64,000 nucleotides of DNA from Azolla caroliniana (GCA_043228905.1 JBHGNT010000022.1:11222001-11286000); one strand, 5' to 3'; shown: positions 47,751-61,181, counted from the first letter of the stretch. Notes: generated by a model not told the origin, from the letters alone. Made by a program: numbers and translations.

Positions 47751-50003
47751 TCAATCTATATCTTTTATGAAGTCCTCGATGTCATCATCATGCTCATGAG
47801 AAGTTCCTGTAAAAATATGACGATATGCCTTGCTTTCTCGCCACAACAAAATGTTGGCACTAAAGTCATGTTCTTCTAATTCAGGTCCTTTAATAGAGAT
47901 TCGAATCAATGCATCAACCACATTGTTTTTTAGCCTATTTCTATACTTATTTTTTATTAGATTTAGGCGACTAAAGCCTCTCTCACATGTTGCTGTAGAA
48001 GAACATTGAATTAACCCTATCAATGAAAGCTTTAGAAGTTCGGGTAACTTTTCTTTCCACACATCATTACAATTGATCATACCCCAAACATCTAAGAAAT
48101 CTCATCCAAGCCATTCCGTGGTAGCTTGCCTTTTGAAAATTGCATATTCATCATACAATTTATCATTATCAATTATGGGAGAAAACACTTTCCCATCTAT
48201 CATTTTTTGAATGCCATAAAAATTTCCAAGTGTTTTCAACTCATTAAGACCCATAGTTTTTCGTGCTAAAATGCTTGTAGATTCGATAGAAATGTCCATT
48301 GGTGATAACATTTTTAATGCGGAAAGAGTTACCGTATCTTGAAGCCTCTTTTTTATTGTCTCTATTAATGCCTTAGAAAATAAAGTTTGGAATCGTATGG
48401 CTTCAATTAAGTCCTCACCATCAATACATCTATCCAAGAGGATGCTTTTATACATATTACCTTTAATAACATCTCTTAAAACTGAAAGCATTCCTTTTTC
48501 TCTACCATATTCTGGAATAATTGGATAATTATAGCTATCCTTCCCAAAACCATTGAGATCCATCATAACATGATGTAGAAATTGTTCTTCTATCTCCCCA
48601 ATGGCTATCATAGCCAATCCTCTAATGCATGTCACATCCACATATTCCTTTTGGAATTCCATACTTAACGTAGACATGATCTTAAGTACACCTGCAAGGA
48701 AGTGAAGCATATACACTACTTTGAAGTTTCTTAAACTTAAGAATACATTGCATGCATCACTTTGCGATTGCAAAGTCTTCATCAAGGGTTCATACACATC
48801 ACATACCCTCATGATAACACCATGTCGACTAAGCCATCGTGTCTTCACAATCCCAAGAATATGCAAATGTGTGTAGTCTAATGCATCTTGCATCTTAGTT
48901 AATTCACCTTGGCGCATTGAGCTCCTCGAGAAATGTGTAGCCACCCGATTCACAAGGGCATCTAACTGTTTGCACACACAAGTTTGTTCGATGTGCACTT
49001 TGACTTCAATGTTCTTTAAACCCTCTTGCACGCACAAGTTTGTCCGATGTGCACAACAATGTAATGAAGTGATAAATGGGTTATATGACTTCAATTTTGT
49101 AGCAACACCTGTAGACATAACTACCATAATAGATGCTCCGTCACTTCCAAATCCCATCATTTTTTTAACATCTAAGTTCCACTTCTTTAACAATGCTAAA
49201 ATGCTTTTTGTTATTGTGTTTGATGTACCATCCTCTACTTCAAGTAACCCCAAATAAGAGGTTCGTACTTGCCTTCCTTCCACAAATGTAGCATAAAAGA
49301 TCAAGTTCTTGGTTATGCTTACATCGATAGCTTCATCTACCATAAGCCCAAACCAAGGAATTTTCCTCAACCTATCATATATCTCAGCTTCAAAAGCCTT
49401 GCTAACATGCAATATAAAGCTTGCACAAGCCTTTTTATCATTATACATTCGTGGAAGGCCTTCCACACCACATTCTCTTAACAATTGTAAGAGACTTTCC
49501 AATTTTCTAAATGCCAAATCCCATTTAGCTATAAAATATGCACATTTAAACAATTTTTCAATTGCTACATCCACACTAGCTTTTTTCTTTGATGCACATT
49601 TTTCAAGACCATTCTTGTCTCGTTCTTGTAACAAAATGGCATCTCGATGGGCCACACTTCTTGCATGTTCTTCTAATGCAGAAGTCTTAAAGTTTTTGGC
49701 ACATGTTTTACCAAATGAAGACTTACAATGAGGATCACCCCTACAATAACTACACCATAGAAGACCAGTTTCCAAATCCTCTTGAAGCCACTTAAATTTA
49801 GTAAGCCAATCTTCTTGAAATTTTAGTTTGGCCTTACTAATTCTATTCATCTCATGAAGTAACTCTTCAGAGTGTTGATGGTCCTTTATAGGCTCTTTTA
49901 GAGACACATCTTCATTGGAAGATGGCAAGTTTTTCCTAAAACCGGGCATTGTAAAGAGACTGATTTGCTTTCCTTTGCCTTTCGTATTTTCCTTGTAGGA
50001 CAT
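47751..50003 (-). pseudogene. hAT transposase (ZNF862-like) with one in-frame stop at 48102-48104
   Basis: Same-frame ORFs 48102-50039 and 47751-48080; N-terminal W..F.W...CxxC zinc finger, LMVDE, GSDGA, HCCAH, TRWLS, CERGFS dimerisation motif. Confidence 0.9.
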
Positions 50004-51709
50004 ACTGTAACAATAATGTAGAGAGCGTTGGACTAACATAATCTATGGATTTCATTTACAAGAAGGGGAAACATACATACACAATCCATGTTTTCCAAAG
50101 AGAAAAAACAAATTAAGATACTTGGGATATTTGAAGATTACGAGGCAATAAAGGATCAAGTTTCCACTATAGATTTTCCAATCTATCAAAAAATAAAGAA
50201 GAAAGAGGATAGGTCACATTAGCTTAAACACACATGAAAATCCATGTATGTAAATGTGAAAGACATTGAGGGAACAAATATATTGCAAACAATATTGAAG
50301 GAAAAGATCAAGAGAAAAAAGGTAGTGTATATATTAAAACAAGAGGACAATACAAATCAAAGGTAATAATGCTCGTTGAGTTTTCATGAACCCCTAAATA
50401 ATTGAGTTTGAACTCATAAGATGTAATAAAACATAAAATTGATTGAATATAATATGTTTACCAAGAAACAAATGATAAAAAATAACACTTTTTGGAGTTA
50501 AGAGATATGTGCAAGTCGGGAAAGGAATCTTGGAGTTAAATTTACAAATATGAAACGCTGCACCATTTAAATGATCTATAAAAGATAAATAAGGGTGTTA
50601 AACAACTAGATGTAATTACCCACATGCTAAGAATCTTATTATGTGCCTTTATAAGGTTCAATCTCAGCAATAATGATGTCCTTTAGACGAGTGTCTTGCA
50701 AAATTGTTTCATGTATAGTAAGTCGATTGTCAATAGCTCTACAACATAGGGTCACTTCCCAATGAGATATAACATTGGAGAGGGTTGTGGAGTACAACTT
50801 TAGAGAATTTCATGGGAAGTAAAAATGTTAAAAAGATAGAACAACAAATATGTGAGTTGACATGGATGCAAGAAATACAAAAATGGTTTGGAAAATGGTA
50901 TGCATCACATGTGAGAGCTTGAGAGAGATGTGGAGTTTCATCCTTCACACATTCATTGGTGAAACTCTTGAATGCCAAGAGCCACTAAGGAACTCAACAC
51001 ATGATAGGTGCAAATGTGGCACCTTGGTTCCATAAACCATACGTCATATTATTAAAAGAAACTTTCATATCAGTCTTAGAGAAGATTTTGTTGAGTGTCA
51101 TCAACATATATATTTGTTCCGTTGAATTTCCATTACATTTAGAGTAGGTTAAATGTATGACCCTATAAAACGTTTTGGCAAGCCTTTTTGTGAATAACCC
51201 AATTTGGGAGTACATAGAAATTTCCTATGGTATTCAACATTAGTGAAGCTTCAAGACTTTTAGGAACCTGGTCATTGACCTTTTAGGCGCAATGAAATGA
51301 ACATTTTGTCATGAACAATTGATCAATCAAACACTCTTGATATTGTCATTAAAAATATATGTCCTCGCTACAAATTTTTGTGCCATGCAAATTTGTACAT
51401 GTGTGATAACATGTATAATTCAAGTGTTTTTTTCAACCATAATGGATTACTACAAACTAGGAACTAAAGAAAAATGCACAAAACAGTGTACCTTTAGCAA
51501 TACTATTGAATTTCAATGTGTTTCTTTTCGTCTTAGAAAAAACACATTCTCATTTTTTTGCCATATAGAAAAAAAAAGAAATAGAGAACATATTCAAAGA
51601 AACAGAAAAACAGAGAAAATAGAGAGAATTCATAAACAGAGAAAGAATAACAGAATTACTTCAAAGTGGTAGAGTGGTGAACAACAAATGTCATGCAATC
51701 AATCAGAAG

Positions 51710-52025
51710 CGATAGGGAGCAACGAATAGCGAGCGAGCACGGACGAGCAATGGGCAACGAGCGAGCAGGGAGGAGCAATGGGCAACGAGCAAGCAAGGAT
51801 GAGCAATCGGCAACGAGCGAGCGGGCAAGAGCAATCAACAACGAGCAAGTAGGGAGGCGCAATCAACAACGAGGGAGTAGGGAGGAGCAATGGGCAACGA
51901 GCGAGTAGGGAGGAGCAATCAACAATGATCGAGCAGGGAGGAGCAATCGAAAACGAGCGAGCACGGAGGAGCAATCGGCAATGAGCAAGCAAGGAGGAGC
52001 AATCAACAACGAGTGAGCAAGGAAC
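51710..52025. repeat. Degenerate minisatellite inside the hAT element
   Basis: Repeated GAGCAAT(C/G)GGCAACGAGCGAGC(A)GGGAG units. Confidence 0.8.
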
Positions 52026-53628
52026 AAGGAAGGAGTAACAAAAATGGAACAACGCGACGCAAAGAAGAAAGAATGGAGCAACGCTACGCGAAGAATGCAA
52101 TAGACAGGGAGCAACGAACAACACGAAGAGGGAAAAACAGGGAAAGCAATGATTCGTAATCAATACGAAAGAAGGAAGAACAACGAAAACGAAGGGGAAA
52201 AGAAAAATTTACATACATACACAAAACGTTTTTCTAATCTATATAAATAGCCGGCTCATAAAATATGAACCGGCTAGATTCTGGCCAGCAAGAAAACCTG
52301 GCTGGAATCAATTTCGGCTCTCTTTGATGGTGACCGGTAAAAGTCTCAATTCAACCGGAACCTTAACACTGTTCCTGGGACTTTGCCCAACACTGCTCCT
52401 AAGTACATTTAATATAGGACTTACACCTTAATACTTATATTCTACTCACACATGTGCACCTTTGCACATGAGATGTATATATACTTCATTGTGGGTATTT
52501 TTGTATCTTGATGATGATGATAATGCTAATTTAATATAATTACTCATCCCCCATCTTGTGTTGTTCATACGTGTATCTTCCTCTCTCTCTCTCTTCCTCT
52601 CACACACATACACACACATATCACTTAATCTTCCGCTTATCAACTAATCACATAATTACGTACTAATTAATCCTTGCTTAATTACTTACCTAATTTTTAA
52701 CATGGTATCAAAGCGTGTGGTGTAGAAAATCCACTAAGCCCACCTGACTCCGTGATTGTGTGTTCGAGACACCGACGACAAAATTCAGTTATCCACTATT
52801 GTAGTGCCGCTACATAGCACGTGTACGTGACCGAAGGAAGGAAAGCAAAAACAGAAGACACTACAATCAACATGAACACACAAATGGGTAGCTCGCTCCC
52901 TAGTGAAAAGTTAGAACAGAGCAATTATTCATCTTGGGAGTACAAGATGAACCAATACCTTGTCAGCCAACGGTATTAGAGATACATCAACGACGCTCAA
53001 GAAAATTGACCCAACCCAAAGAACATTGACTACTCAACATGGGAGCAAGTGGTGAGTCGAGTCATGTATTGCTTGGAAACATGTGTCCACGACCACATGC
53101 TTAGCCACATACGAGACGCCAAGACACCTAAAGAAGCGTGGGTGAACTTAAAGAAAATGTTCGCCGCCAACACAACTGCCCGAAAGCTTCAACTCTGACA
53201 AGAGTTGAACAACATTAGGCAAAAATACATGTCCGTGTCGAACTACACCGTGCAAGATCAAGAGCATTTGTGACTCGCTTGGCTCCATCAAAATAAACGT
53301 CGACGAAGGTGAGATGGTTCAAGTATGCTTGGGCGGCCTTGCACAATGATTCGACTCGTTGAGGACAACAATCTTGGCGAGGGAAAATCCTCCTTTGTTT
53401 TTCGACCTTCAATCAATGCTAATGGTTGAAGAGAACCACGCCCAAACCAAAACCAAGACATTGGAAGGACAAATGTTCTTCTCGAATTCGGATGGTGGCC
53501 GAGGATGAGGTCAAGGCGGTAGAAGAGGATGATTCGACCCATCACATAAAGGGAACTCAAACCTTCATAGAAGCCATCAAGGAACCTTCGGAAGAAGGGG
53601 GAGCTTCCATGCCGAACAAGGTTGGCAA

Positions 53629-55300
53629 ATGAGGCCCGCAACTTGCAACTATTGTGGCAAAATTGGCCACCGCGAGGAGTGCAGAAAAAGAAGAAATGAG
53701 TCGGCTTCCACAAGTCGACAACTCACAAATTACGCTGTCAACTCCAAATACGATGATTACGACGGACTATTTGTAATGAGGCATAAAGCAAAGTCTATGT
53801 CGGCCTCCAACTCCGCAAGCACCTCCAACTCGGAAGACGTGTGGTTCGTCGATTCCGGTGCCTCACATCACATGACATCTCACGAAGAGTGGTTTCGTGA
53901 TTTACGAATGCCGGATCAACCCGGCTTCATAGAGACGGGAGACGACACCACACATCCCATTCAACACATCGGCAATGTCCCATTCGGGAAAGAAGGCGAA
54001 CAAACTTGCATCAAGAATGTCTTGCTCGTGCCCACAATAACAAAGAATTTGGTCTCGGTTGGCCAAATCGTGGAGCAAGGCATGCAAGTTCGCTTCAACA
54101 ATGAAGGTTGTTTCATCGAGAAAGATGGTCGCATGTTCATCCTCAATTCGAATGAGGTGAAATTGGCCTTGTACGCCAAAGGTCTCAAAACCGAGACAAA
54201 CATTGAGTTATGGCACAAAAGAATCGGCCACATAAACCTCCAACGGCTTCAAGCGATGCAATCAAAGGGAGTCGTCATCAGACTTCCAACATTCGAGTCC
54301 AAACGAGTCGACCGAGTATGCGAAGCATGTCAACTAGGCAAACAACATCGACTTCCATTCCCGAACGAGAGCTACGCGAGCAAAGACCTCCTCGACGTCA
54401 TACATTCGGATGTATGGGGACCGGTTCAAATGTCGACGATCGACGAATGTCTAATCTACGTCACCTTCAACGACGACTACTCGCGCTACGTGTGGATCTT
54501 CCCAATGAAGAAGAAGAGCGAAGTGCTCTCCCACTTCCAAAAGCTCAAGGGCCAAATCGAAAAAGAAACTAGTCGGCACATTCAATGCCTACAATCAGAT
54601 GGAGGCAAGGAGTACTTCTCTGACGAATTCACCTCCTACCTCCAAAGTGAAGGCATTCATAGAGAATTCTCATGCCGACACACACCCCGACAAAATGGAG
54701 TCGCCGAAAGGAAGAATCGGCAAATACTCGAGGTAGCACGCGCTATGATGCATGAGAAGCACATGCCGAATTTCTATTGGGCCGAAGCGGCATCCACGGT
54801 CATCTATCTCATGAACCACCACAAATGGAGTGCATGAGCTAACTCCATACGAGCTCCTCATCAGAAGGAAGCCGATCCTGTCGTACCTCAAGGTGTTCGG
54901 AAGCATTGCGAATGTACGCATCCCGAACGAACAATGATAGAAGCCTGACGCGAAGTCGGAGGAATGTATCCTCATAGGATACTTGTCTGAGAAGAAGGCA
55001 TACAAGTGCTACAACCCTTCTACCCGAGCGGTTCTGGTAAGTCGAGACGTAGTCTTCAACAAGTCCGCATCTTGGTACGCACCAAAGACAACTTCGACTC
55101 TGACTCCACTCGACCCGGAATCCACTGAACAAGAGGTAGAAGATGGAGATCACTTCGAACATATGTTCGAAGAAAGTCCAATTACGACAAGGCCTAGTGG
55201 GCCACAAGAGCCCCCACGCGACCCAAGCACGTCCTGGCCAAGTACGAACTTGGACAAAGGCAAAGGTAAAATGCCCGAATACGAAGTCGATCACCCCGAC
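53629..55300 (+). pseudogene. Copia protease-integrase remnant
   Basis: ORF 53629-54837 and frameshifted continuation (LKVFGS, YKCYNP..VSRDVVF). Confidence 0.88.
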
Positions 55301-56626
55301 AACAATGATTAGGATGTGTCGGCTCCCTCACTAGATAGTGAGTTCGGTGTACCCATCATGCGGACACCCGGAGCAAAGAAGGCGCTCACATCGGTGAGCG
55401 AAAAACTTTGACGCTCATCTAGAGCTAAGAACCTCGTCGCCCGGCTCGGATACAACGAGTACATGGCCCATCACTATGCCTTCGCGATGAAGGTAGCGGC
55501 CGAACAATAGCCCAAGAGCTCCACCGAAGCGGCTCATAACCCACGATGGGTGGAAGTAGTTGTCCTTCGCCCACACACTACACGCCTTCGTCACCCGCTT
55601 GAGGGGGAGGAACATAGATTAGCACGACGAAGAAAGCCGAAGGCTAGATAGAAGCACACAAAGCCGACGAAAGCCAAAGTCGATGTCAGATGCCTCACAC
55701 TTGAGCTTGAGGGGGTGTGTTGAGAGATCAAGCTCAACTTAGTTTAGTTATTTAGTCAACCATGTAACTCCGTAGTTACCTAGATAGAATCTAGTTAGGA
55801 GTGTTGACTATAACGCCTTAAATAGAACCTTGTACTTAAGGTGAGATATTCTAGATCCTCCACTCCCAAGTACATTTAATATAGAACTTACACCTTAGTA
55901 CTTATATTCTACTCGCACATGTGCACCTTTGCACATGAGATGTATATATACCTCATTGTGGGTATTTTTGTATCTTGATGATGATGATAATGCTAATTTA
56001 ATATAATTACTCATCCCCCATCTTGTGTTGTTCATAAGTGTATTTTCCTCTCTCTCTTCCTCTCACACACATATCACTTAATCTTTCGCTTATCAACTAA
56101 TCATATAATTAGGTACTAATTAATCTTTGCTTAATTACTTACCTAATTCTTAACATATTCCTTTTATAATTGTGAAATTTTAGCCAATATAGAAACTTGA
56201 TACACCAATATCACCTCACATGTTCTTCAACCCATATCAAATTTGTTATATTGATTATATTTAACAAATACAACAATCAGAACCATAGATTGACACATGC
56301 GTGATATTCGTGATATTCTCCATGCGCAATATTCTCAATATTGGAGAATACGAAATGGCCCCAAGAATATTAAAAAACCATTCGTTTTGCAAAATAAATA
56401 TAAAATTTTTATTTATTTATTTAAATAAATATATTTCACCCAAAAAAGAACAATTATTCATTAATAGATTATAGTGTCAAGAGAGTTTATGAAACTTATT
56501 TTAATTAATCAATTTTTAAAAAACAAATATTTTTATATTTATTATACAAATATGATTAGTATTAACTTTGAAGATATGATTAATTGTTTTATTTTTCTTG
56601 GAGAAAAAAATGTTTTAGTTATCAAG

Positions 56627-57945
56627 TGTCATGATATGGCAAAACTCTAACCCATAACCTTATGTTAGATGGGTCGAGCTATTACCATTAGGTTATGTAT
56701 TGTAATACAAAGAATATTATTTTTATTTAAGTTTTACTATAGAAAATTGATGTATATTCCAAATTTGTCTAGAACATTCTAGAAACTTCAGGAGTACTAC
56801 CGAGAACACTATAAAAGGAGGCACAAGGTATTATTTCGAACCAAATCAATTCAACGCCAGTCTTAAGCCTCCTAGCCTTCCTTGTATATTCTTCTCACAT
56901 AATATATCGATGTCATCATCATTCTCTCTCTCTCTATTCCTTTCTTAGTACTAATATTCATCTCTTAGTACTAATTTCTTCTCTGTCTCAGTACTATTCT
57001 TGACAATTTGAACCGATTTTCCGTCTCCTCCTTTTCCTTTTATCTTCTTACATCTCCCTCCCTTCATATTAATCTCTTATTCCTCTTTCCTCTCATCCTA
57101 TGGCCACTGTTAGCGCTCAAGAATATCAATCTATTTTCTCGGAGTTGCAATGCTTGAAAGAGAAGTTCCTTGCTTTGGAACAAGAAAATCAACGGTTATT
57201 AGGGGATCTTCAACAAATCTCCTTAGAAAAGCAGCAAACGCAACAACAACATGGGGAACTTGCATTACACGTGCAACAACTCGAAGCAACCATCGTAGCG
57301 ATGCAACAACAAGGACCCAATACGCAAGGGATTCATAAAGAACCCAAGATCGGCCTTCCCATGAAATTCAATGGAACGCGATCGCAGTTTAGAGGATTCC
57401 TTAATCAGGTACGATTAGTCATTCAAATGCATCCTTCCCGATATCCCACCGATGCATCACGAGTGGGTTTAGTAGGCACGTTGTTAAGTGGCTCAACGTT
57501 GGCATGGTTGGCTCCGTTGTTAGAAAAGGAATCCCTATTACTAAACAATTTTGAAGATTTTATAAGTGAGTTTAAAGCTTGTTTTGGAGATATTGACAGC
57601 ATAAAGACAACAATCAACAAAATCCGACGATTACGTCAAGGTGATCGTCCAGCCTCCGCATACGCTGCAGATTTCTGTCTACTCGCCTATGATATCCCCT
57701 AGGATGAACAAACATTAATGGAGCAATTTCGTGATGGTCTACGCAACGATATCAAGGATTTACTCTTGACCTTCCCCGAAGAACCAAAGTCATTAACAGA
57801 AGCAATCAGTCCCGCGGTGAGATGCGACAACCGCCTTTTCGAACGATGTTCAGAACGTCAGTTCTAGATGCCAAGGGCAAGATCAGAGCCCACCTATGCC
57901 TCAATGGTAGTGAAACCTTTTCCGAGGGAGTCATATGACTAGCTC
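56627..57945 (+). mobile_element. Truncated Tcn1-like (Tf1/sushi group) Ty3/gypsy element: 5' LTR and gag
   Basis: LTR 56627-57005; gag from 57100 (EPKIGLPMKFNGTRSQFRGFL..LRQGDRPASAYAADF) with stops; no tRNA PBS but a self-complementary PBS at 57008-57019. Confidence 0.85.
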
Positions 57946-59735
57946 TAGGGGCTGTCGTATCGTCTCATAGTGGAGAAAGTGTAGACATTAGGTATGTTTC
58001 CCATAACGACAATGCTCACAGAAGTTCGTCTTCTTCTGGAGTTTTGGGATGTAGTCGAGCGCCATTAGCCGGTCCAGTCCGATTTGTGACATATGACCGA
58101 GTTAGCCATGCCATAGGTTCAGGTCGGTCAATTCGGCCAATTCGGCTACATTTACGGCCCTTTCTGGATTGATCACTATCCGTGGATACAAGTTATCGTA
58201 CTTGTATCCGCTTCCGTGTTGACTCGTTGAGAGTTGTTCTGTACTCGTCTTCGGTTAACATGTCGATGGAGACCATACTCCTTTTGAGCTCAAGTACGTG
58301 CCACACTTAATGTAGGTTGATCATATTGTTGTTCGGCAATTGGATGGCAACTTCTCCAATCCCAGCTATTATGCACTCCTACCCGTTGCCTAGTCAGATT
58401 GTGTCGTTGGTGCCGACCGAATAGTTCGAGAACCATTTTATGTTCGGCGTTACGTGAAATATGGCTCCAGAATCCAGTAGTCACATTTGTGCCTCTTGAG
58501 CACTCTGAGGACTTCTCCGACTATTGAGTCATCAACAGAGAGGATTTCTCCTGATTGAGAGTTGGCAACATTGATTTGGTTGCCAACTGAAGCATGGTTC
58601 AAGTCAGATCGTCCTGAGTTCCACTCGAATCGTTGACCGCTCTCCTTCGTCTTGATCGACCAGCAATCGAAAACATTGTGACCGGCGTTTTTGCAGTGAG
58701 TGCAGAAATCACCTCGTCGACTATTTCTCAACTTCGACCGTTGTTGGCCTCCCCTCTTTCTTGATCGACTAGAGTCTCGACCGGTCCATTCGACTTGTTC
58801 TCTCGATCGATTGGATCAATCGAGTGATGTGCTTCTACTAACTCATCAATGGTAAGTTCCATTGATTTTCGCCTAATGTCCTTGGTGATAACTTGTCTGA
58901 TCGTCTCATCTAGATTTAGATTCGTACTGTTATTGGCGTAGGTCGTACAAAACACCTCCCAACTCACCGGCAAGCTCAAAAGGAGGTCAAGGGCCTCAAC
59001 TTTTTCTTCGAAGTTGATCCGTTGGGAGGAGAGTTTAGACAACACTTAGTTGAAGGTGTTGATGTGAGAGGTCACCGGAACTTACTCTCTCATCTTCATA
59101 TTGAACAGTTGCTGAATCAATATGAATTTCGATGAGGAGGATTTTTTCTCGTAGACTGTCTATAGCTTCTCCCACAAGGTGAATGTTGTTGTCTCCTTGG
59201 CCATGTTGAAGACATTTTCGGCCACGTGCATCTAAATGGTGGAGCGTGTTATTTCTTCTATGAATCTCCATTTTTTGGCAAACATTGAAGCAAGATTTTC
59301 GCTATGCCGAATGACTTCAACCTATCTTCGAATGATCAACACGTCTTGCATCATCTCCTTCCATAGGACAATGTTCTTTTCGTTGAACTTTTGGATTTCA
59401 ACTCTTGTACCAGATGTTGAAGCCATATTCTTTCGGAAGTGATATTTACTAACCTGGTCTTTTCTCTGAGCCAAAATGTTTCTCGTCTTGGTCTTTTATG
59501 CTTTTCATTGCCGTTGAACAACAAGTTTGCTTTGTTACCGCTTGACAACAGGTATGCGAATAGATATGTGGAAGTGTGTATGAGAACTTGCAAGTAAATG
59601 TTTACATCAAACAACACAGATATGCAACAAGAGAAGGAACAGAAGGTAGACACAATTCTAGCTTCAATGGAAGTTCTTGCTATTCTCTCTCTGCAACTCT
59701 TACAGTCCAAGAAGCAAGAAGAAGTTTGTTACAAT
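57946..59735 (-). mobile_element. Decayed Ty1/copia remnant (gag, zinc knuckle, protease)
   Basis: Minus-strand IQKFNEKNIVLWK, LLLSLPVSWE, CTHCKNAGHNVFDCW, LDSGAIFH; boundaries approximate. Confidence 0.75.
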
Positions 59736-59796
59736 GTTATGGTTGAGATTGTTTTTATATTTATTTATATATAGGGACAATAAACTAAAGAAAGTT

Positions 59797-59877
59797 GATG
59801 AGGTGGCTGACTTGGTTTAAGACACAAGATTATGGTTCTAGTCTGAAAGGGCATGGGTTCAAATCATAGTCTCATCA
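59797..59877 (+). pseudogene. tRNA-Leu(AAG)-derived pseudogene copy
   Basis: 81 nt, matches the plant cytosolic tRNA-Leu(AAG) layout; anticodon mutated to ATG, T stem broken. Confidence 0.75.
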
Positions 59878-60358
59878 ACGATGCATGACATTGTTAACCT
59901 AAAATTAATGTGTAAACCTTCTTGTGAGAAAATGCTTGTGATTGTGATCCTTGCCTAAACATAAGCTAAGGACTACGATTGTTATATGTATTTATATATG
60001 GGAAGACGCTAAAGAAAGTTGGTGAGGTGGTCGAGTTGGGCTAATGCACAAGATTAATGTTCTAGGGCGTAGGTTCAAATCCCATTCTCATCATCAATCC
60101 AAACATTTTTGTAAGAATTTAATGTCTATGCTTGTAGATCCTTGACTAAACATAAGATAAAAACCAGATTTATGTATGGTTCTAGTCAAAAGGGCGTGGG
60201 TTCAAATTGCAATCTCATCAACGATGGATTACATTGCTAGCGTAAAATTAATGTGTAAACATTTTTGTGAGAAGATGCTTGTGCTTGTGATCCTTACCTA
60301 AACGTAAGATAAGAACTATTTTTATATTTATTTATATATAAGGACAACGAATTAAAGA

Positions 60359-60694
60359 GAAAGTCGGCCTTAGTGATCCGACGGTGCCAAGTGGAAGGGC
60401 CATCGCTCAATGGATAAAAGTTACTCTAGGCATAACAAGTTGATCTTCCCCAAGAGTTCACATCGACAGGAAGTTTTAGCACCTCGATGTCAGCTCTTCG
60501 CCGCCTAGGGCGGTAATATGTCCCAAGGGTTGGGTTGTTCGCCCATTAAAGCGGTACGTGGGGTGGGTTCAGAATGTTGTGAGACAGTTTGGTCCATATC
60601 CGGTGCGGACGTTAGGCATTGAGGGGACCTTTCCCTAGTACGAGAGGATCGGGAAGGACACACCTCTAGTGTACCAGTTATCGTGCGCATGGTA
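60359..60694 (+). pseudogene. rrn23: Plastid 23S rRNA fragment inserted in the nucleus (NUPT), domain V to sarcin-ricin loop
   Basis: GGATAAAAGTTACTCTAGG, GCACCTCGATGTC, TTCGCCCATTAAAGCGGTACGTG, AGTACGAGAGGA (60637-60648); plastid-type wording with several transition changes. Confidence 0.9.
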
Positions 60695-61100
60695 GTAATA
60701 ATTCGATAAACAGCCAGAGGGGGTTGATTCTAACTCATGTTGGGACTAAGGTTGGAATGTTCAACCAGGGGCTATTCTGAAATACTCGATTGATCCTTGT
60801 ACCGCGTAAAGAAACCCTATTGATATCTGTAAATAAACGAAAAACGTTTCCTTATTAGAAGTGAATATCTGATCATCAAAGTTAATGAGGTGGTTGATTT
60901 GGTCTAAGACACAAATTGAGGTTCTAGTCCTAAAGGGCATGGGTTCAATCATAGTCTCATCAATGATGCATGACATTGTTAGCATAAAATTAATGTGTAG
61001 ACATTTTTGTGAGAAAGTGCTTGTGATACTTGCCTAAACATAAGCTAAGAACTGTGATTGTTACATGTATTTATATATAGGAAAAACACTAAAGAAAATT

Positions 61101-61181
61101 GGTGAGGTGGCCAAGTTGGGCTAACACGCAAGATTAAGGTTCTAGGCTGAAAGGGCGTATGTTCTAATCCCATTCTCATGA
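61101..61181 (+). pseudogene. tRNA-Leu(AAG)-derived pseudogene copy
   Basis: Keeps the TTAAGGT anticodon loop and long variable arm; B box mutated. Confidence 0.75.

Larger units (their letters stand above)
47386..52395 (-). mobile_element. hAT DNA transposon, 5010 bp
   Basis: 16-bp TIR CAGTGTTGGGCAAAGT/ACTTTGCCCAACACTG; perfect 8-bp TSD CTCCTAAG (47378-47385, 52396-52403). Confidence 0.95.
47234..56155 (+). mobile_element. Ty1/copia LTR retrotransposon, decayed, RT and RNase H deleted
   Basis: 5' LTR 47234-47385 plus 52396-52702 (split by hAT); PBS TGGTATCAAAGC (tRNA-iMet) 52703-52714; gag from about 52872; WFVDSGASHHM protease, WHKRIGH GAG-pre-integrase, IHSDVWG..SDGGKEY..NGVAER integrase; 3' LTR 55718-56155 after GAGGGGG. 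Confidence 0.93.

Noticed and set aside
51656-52163. ORFs within the hAT 5' region
   Set aside because: Products of a degenerate minisatellite.
47229-56160. Target-site duplication for the copia element
   Set aside because: Flanks GATTA and TATTC match at only 3 of 5 positions; not claimed.
45725-57005. One large LTR element bounded by the LTRs at 45725 and 56627
   Set aside because: The first has its own TSD and no PBS after it (solo LTR); the second is followed by PBS and gag, so it is a 5' LTR.
60359-60694. Functional rRNA gene or bacterial contamination
   Set aside because: Only about 335 bp, mutated at conserved positions, plastid-type, and joined on both sides into the nuclear array context.
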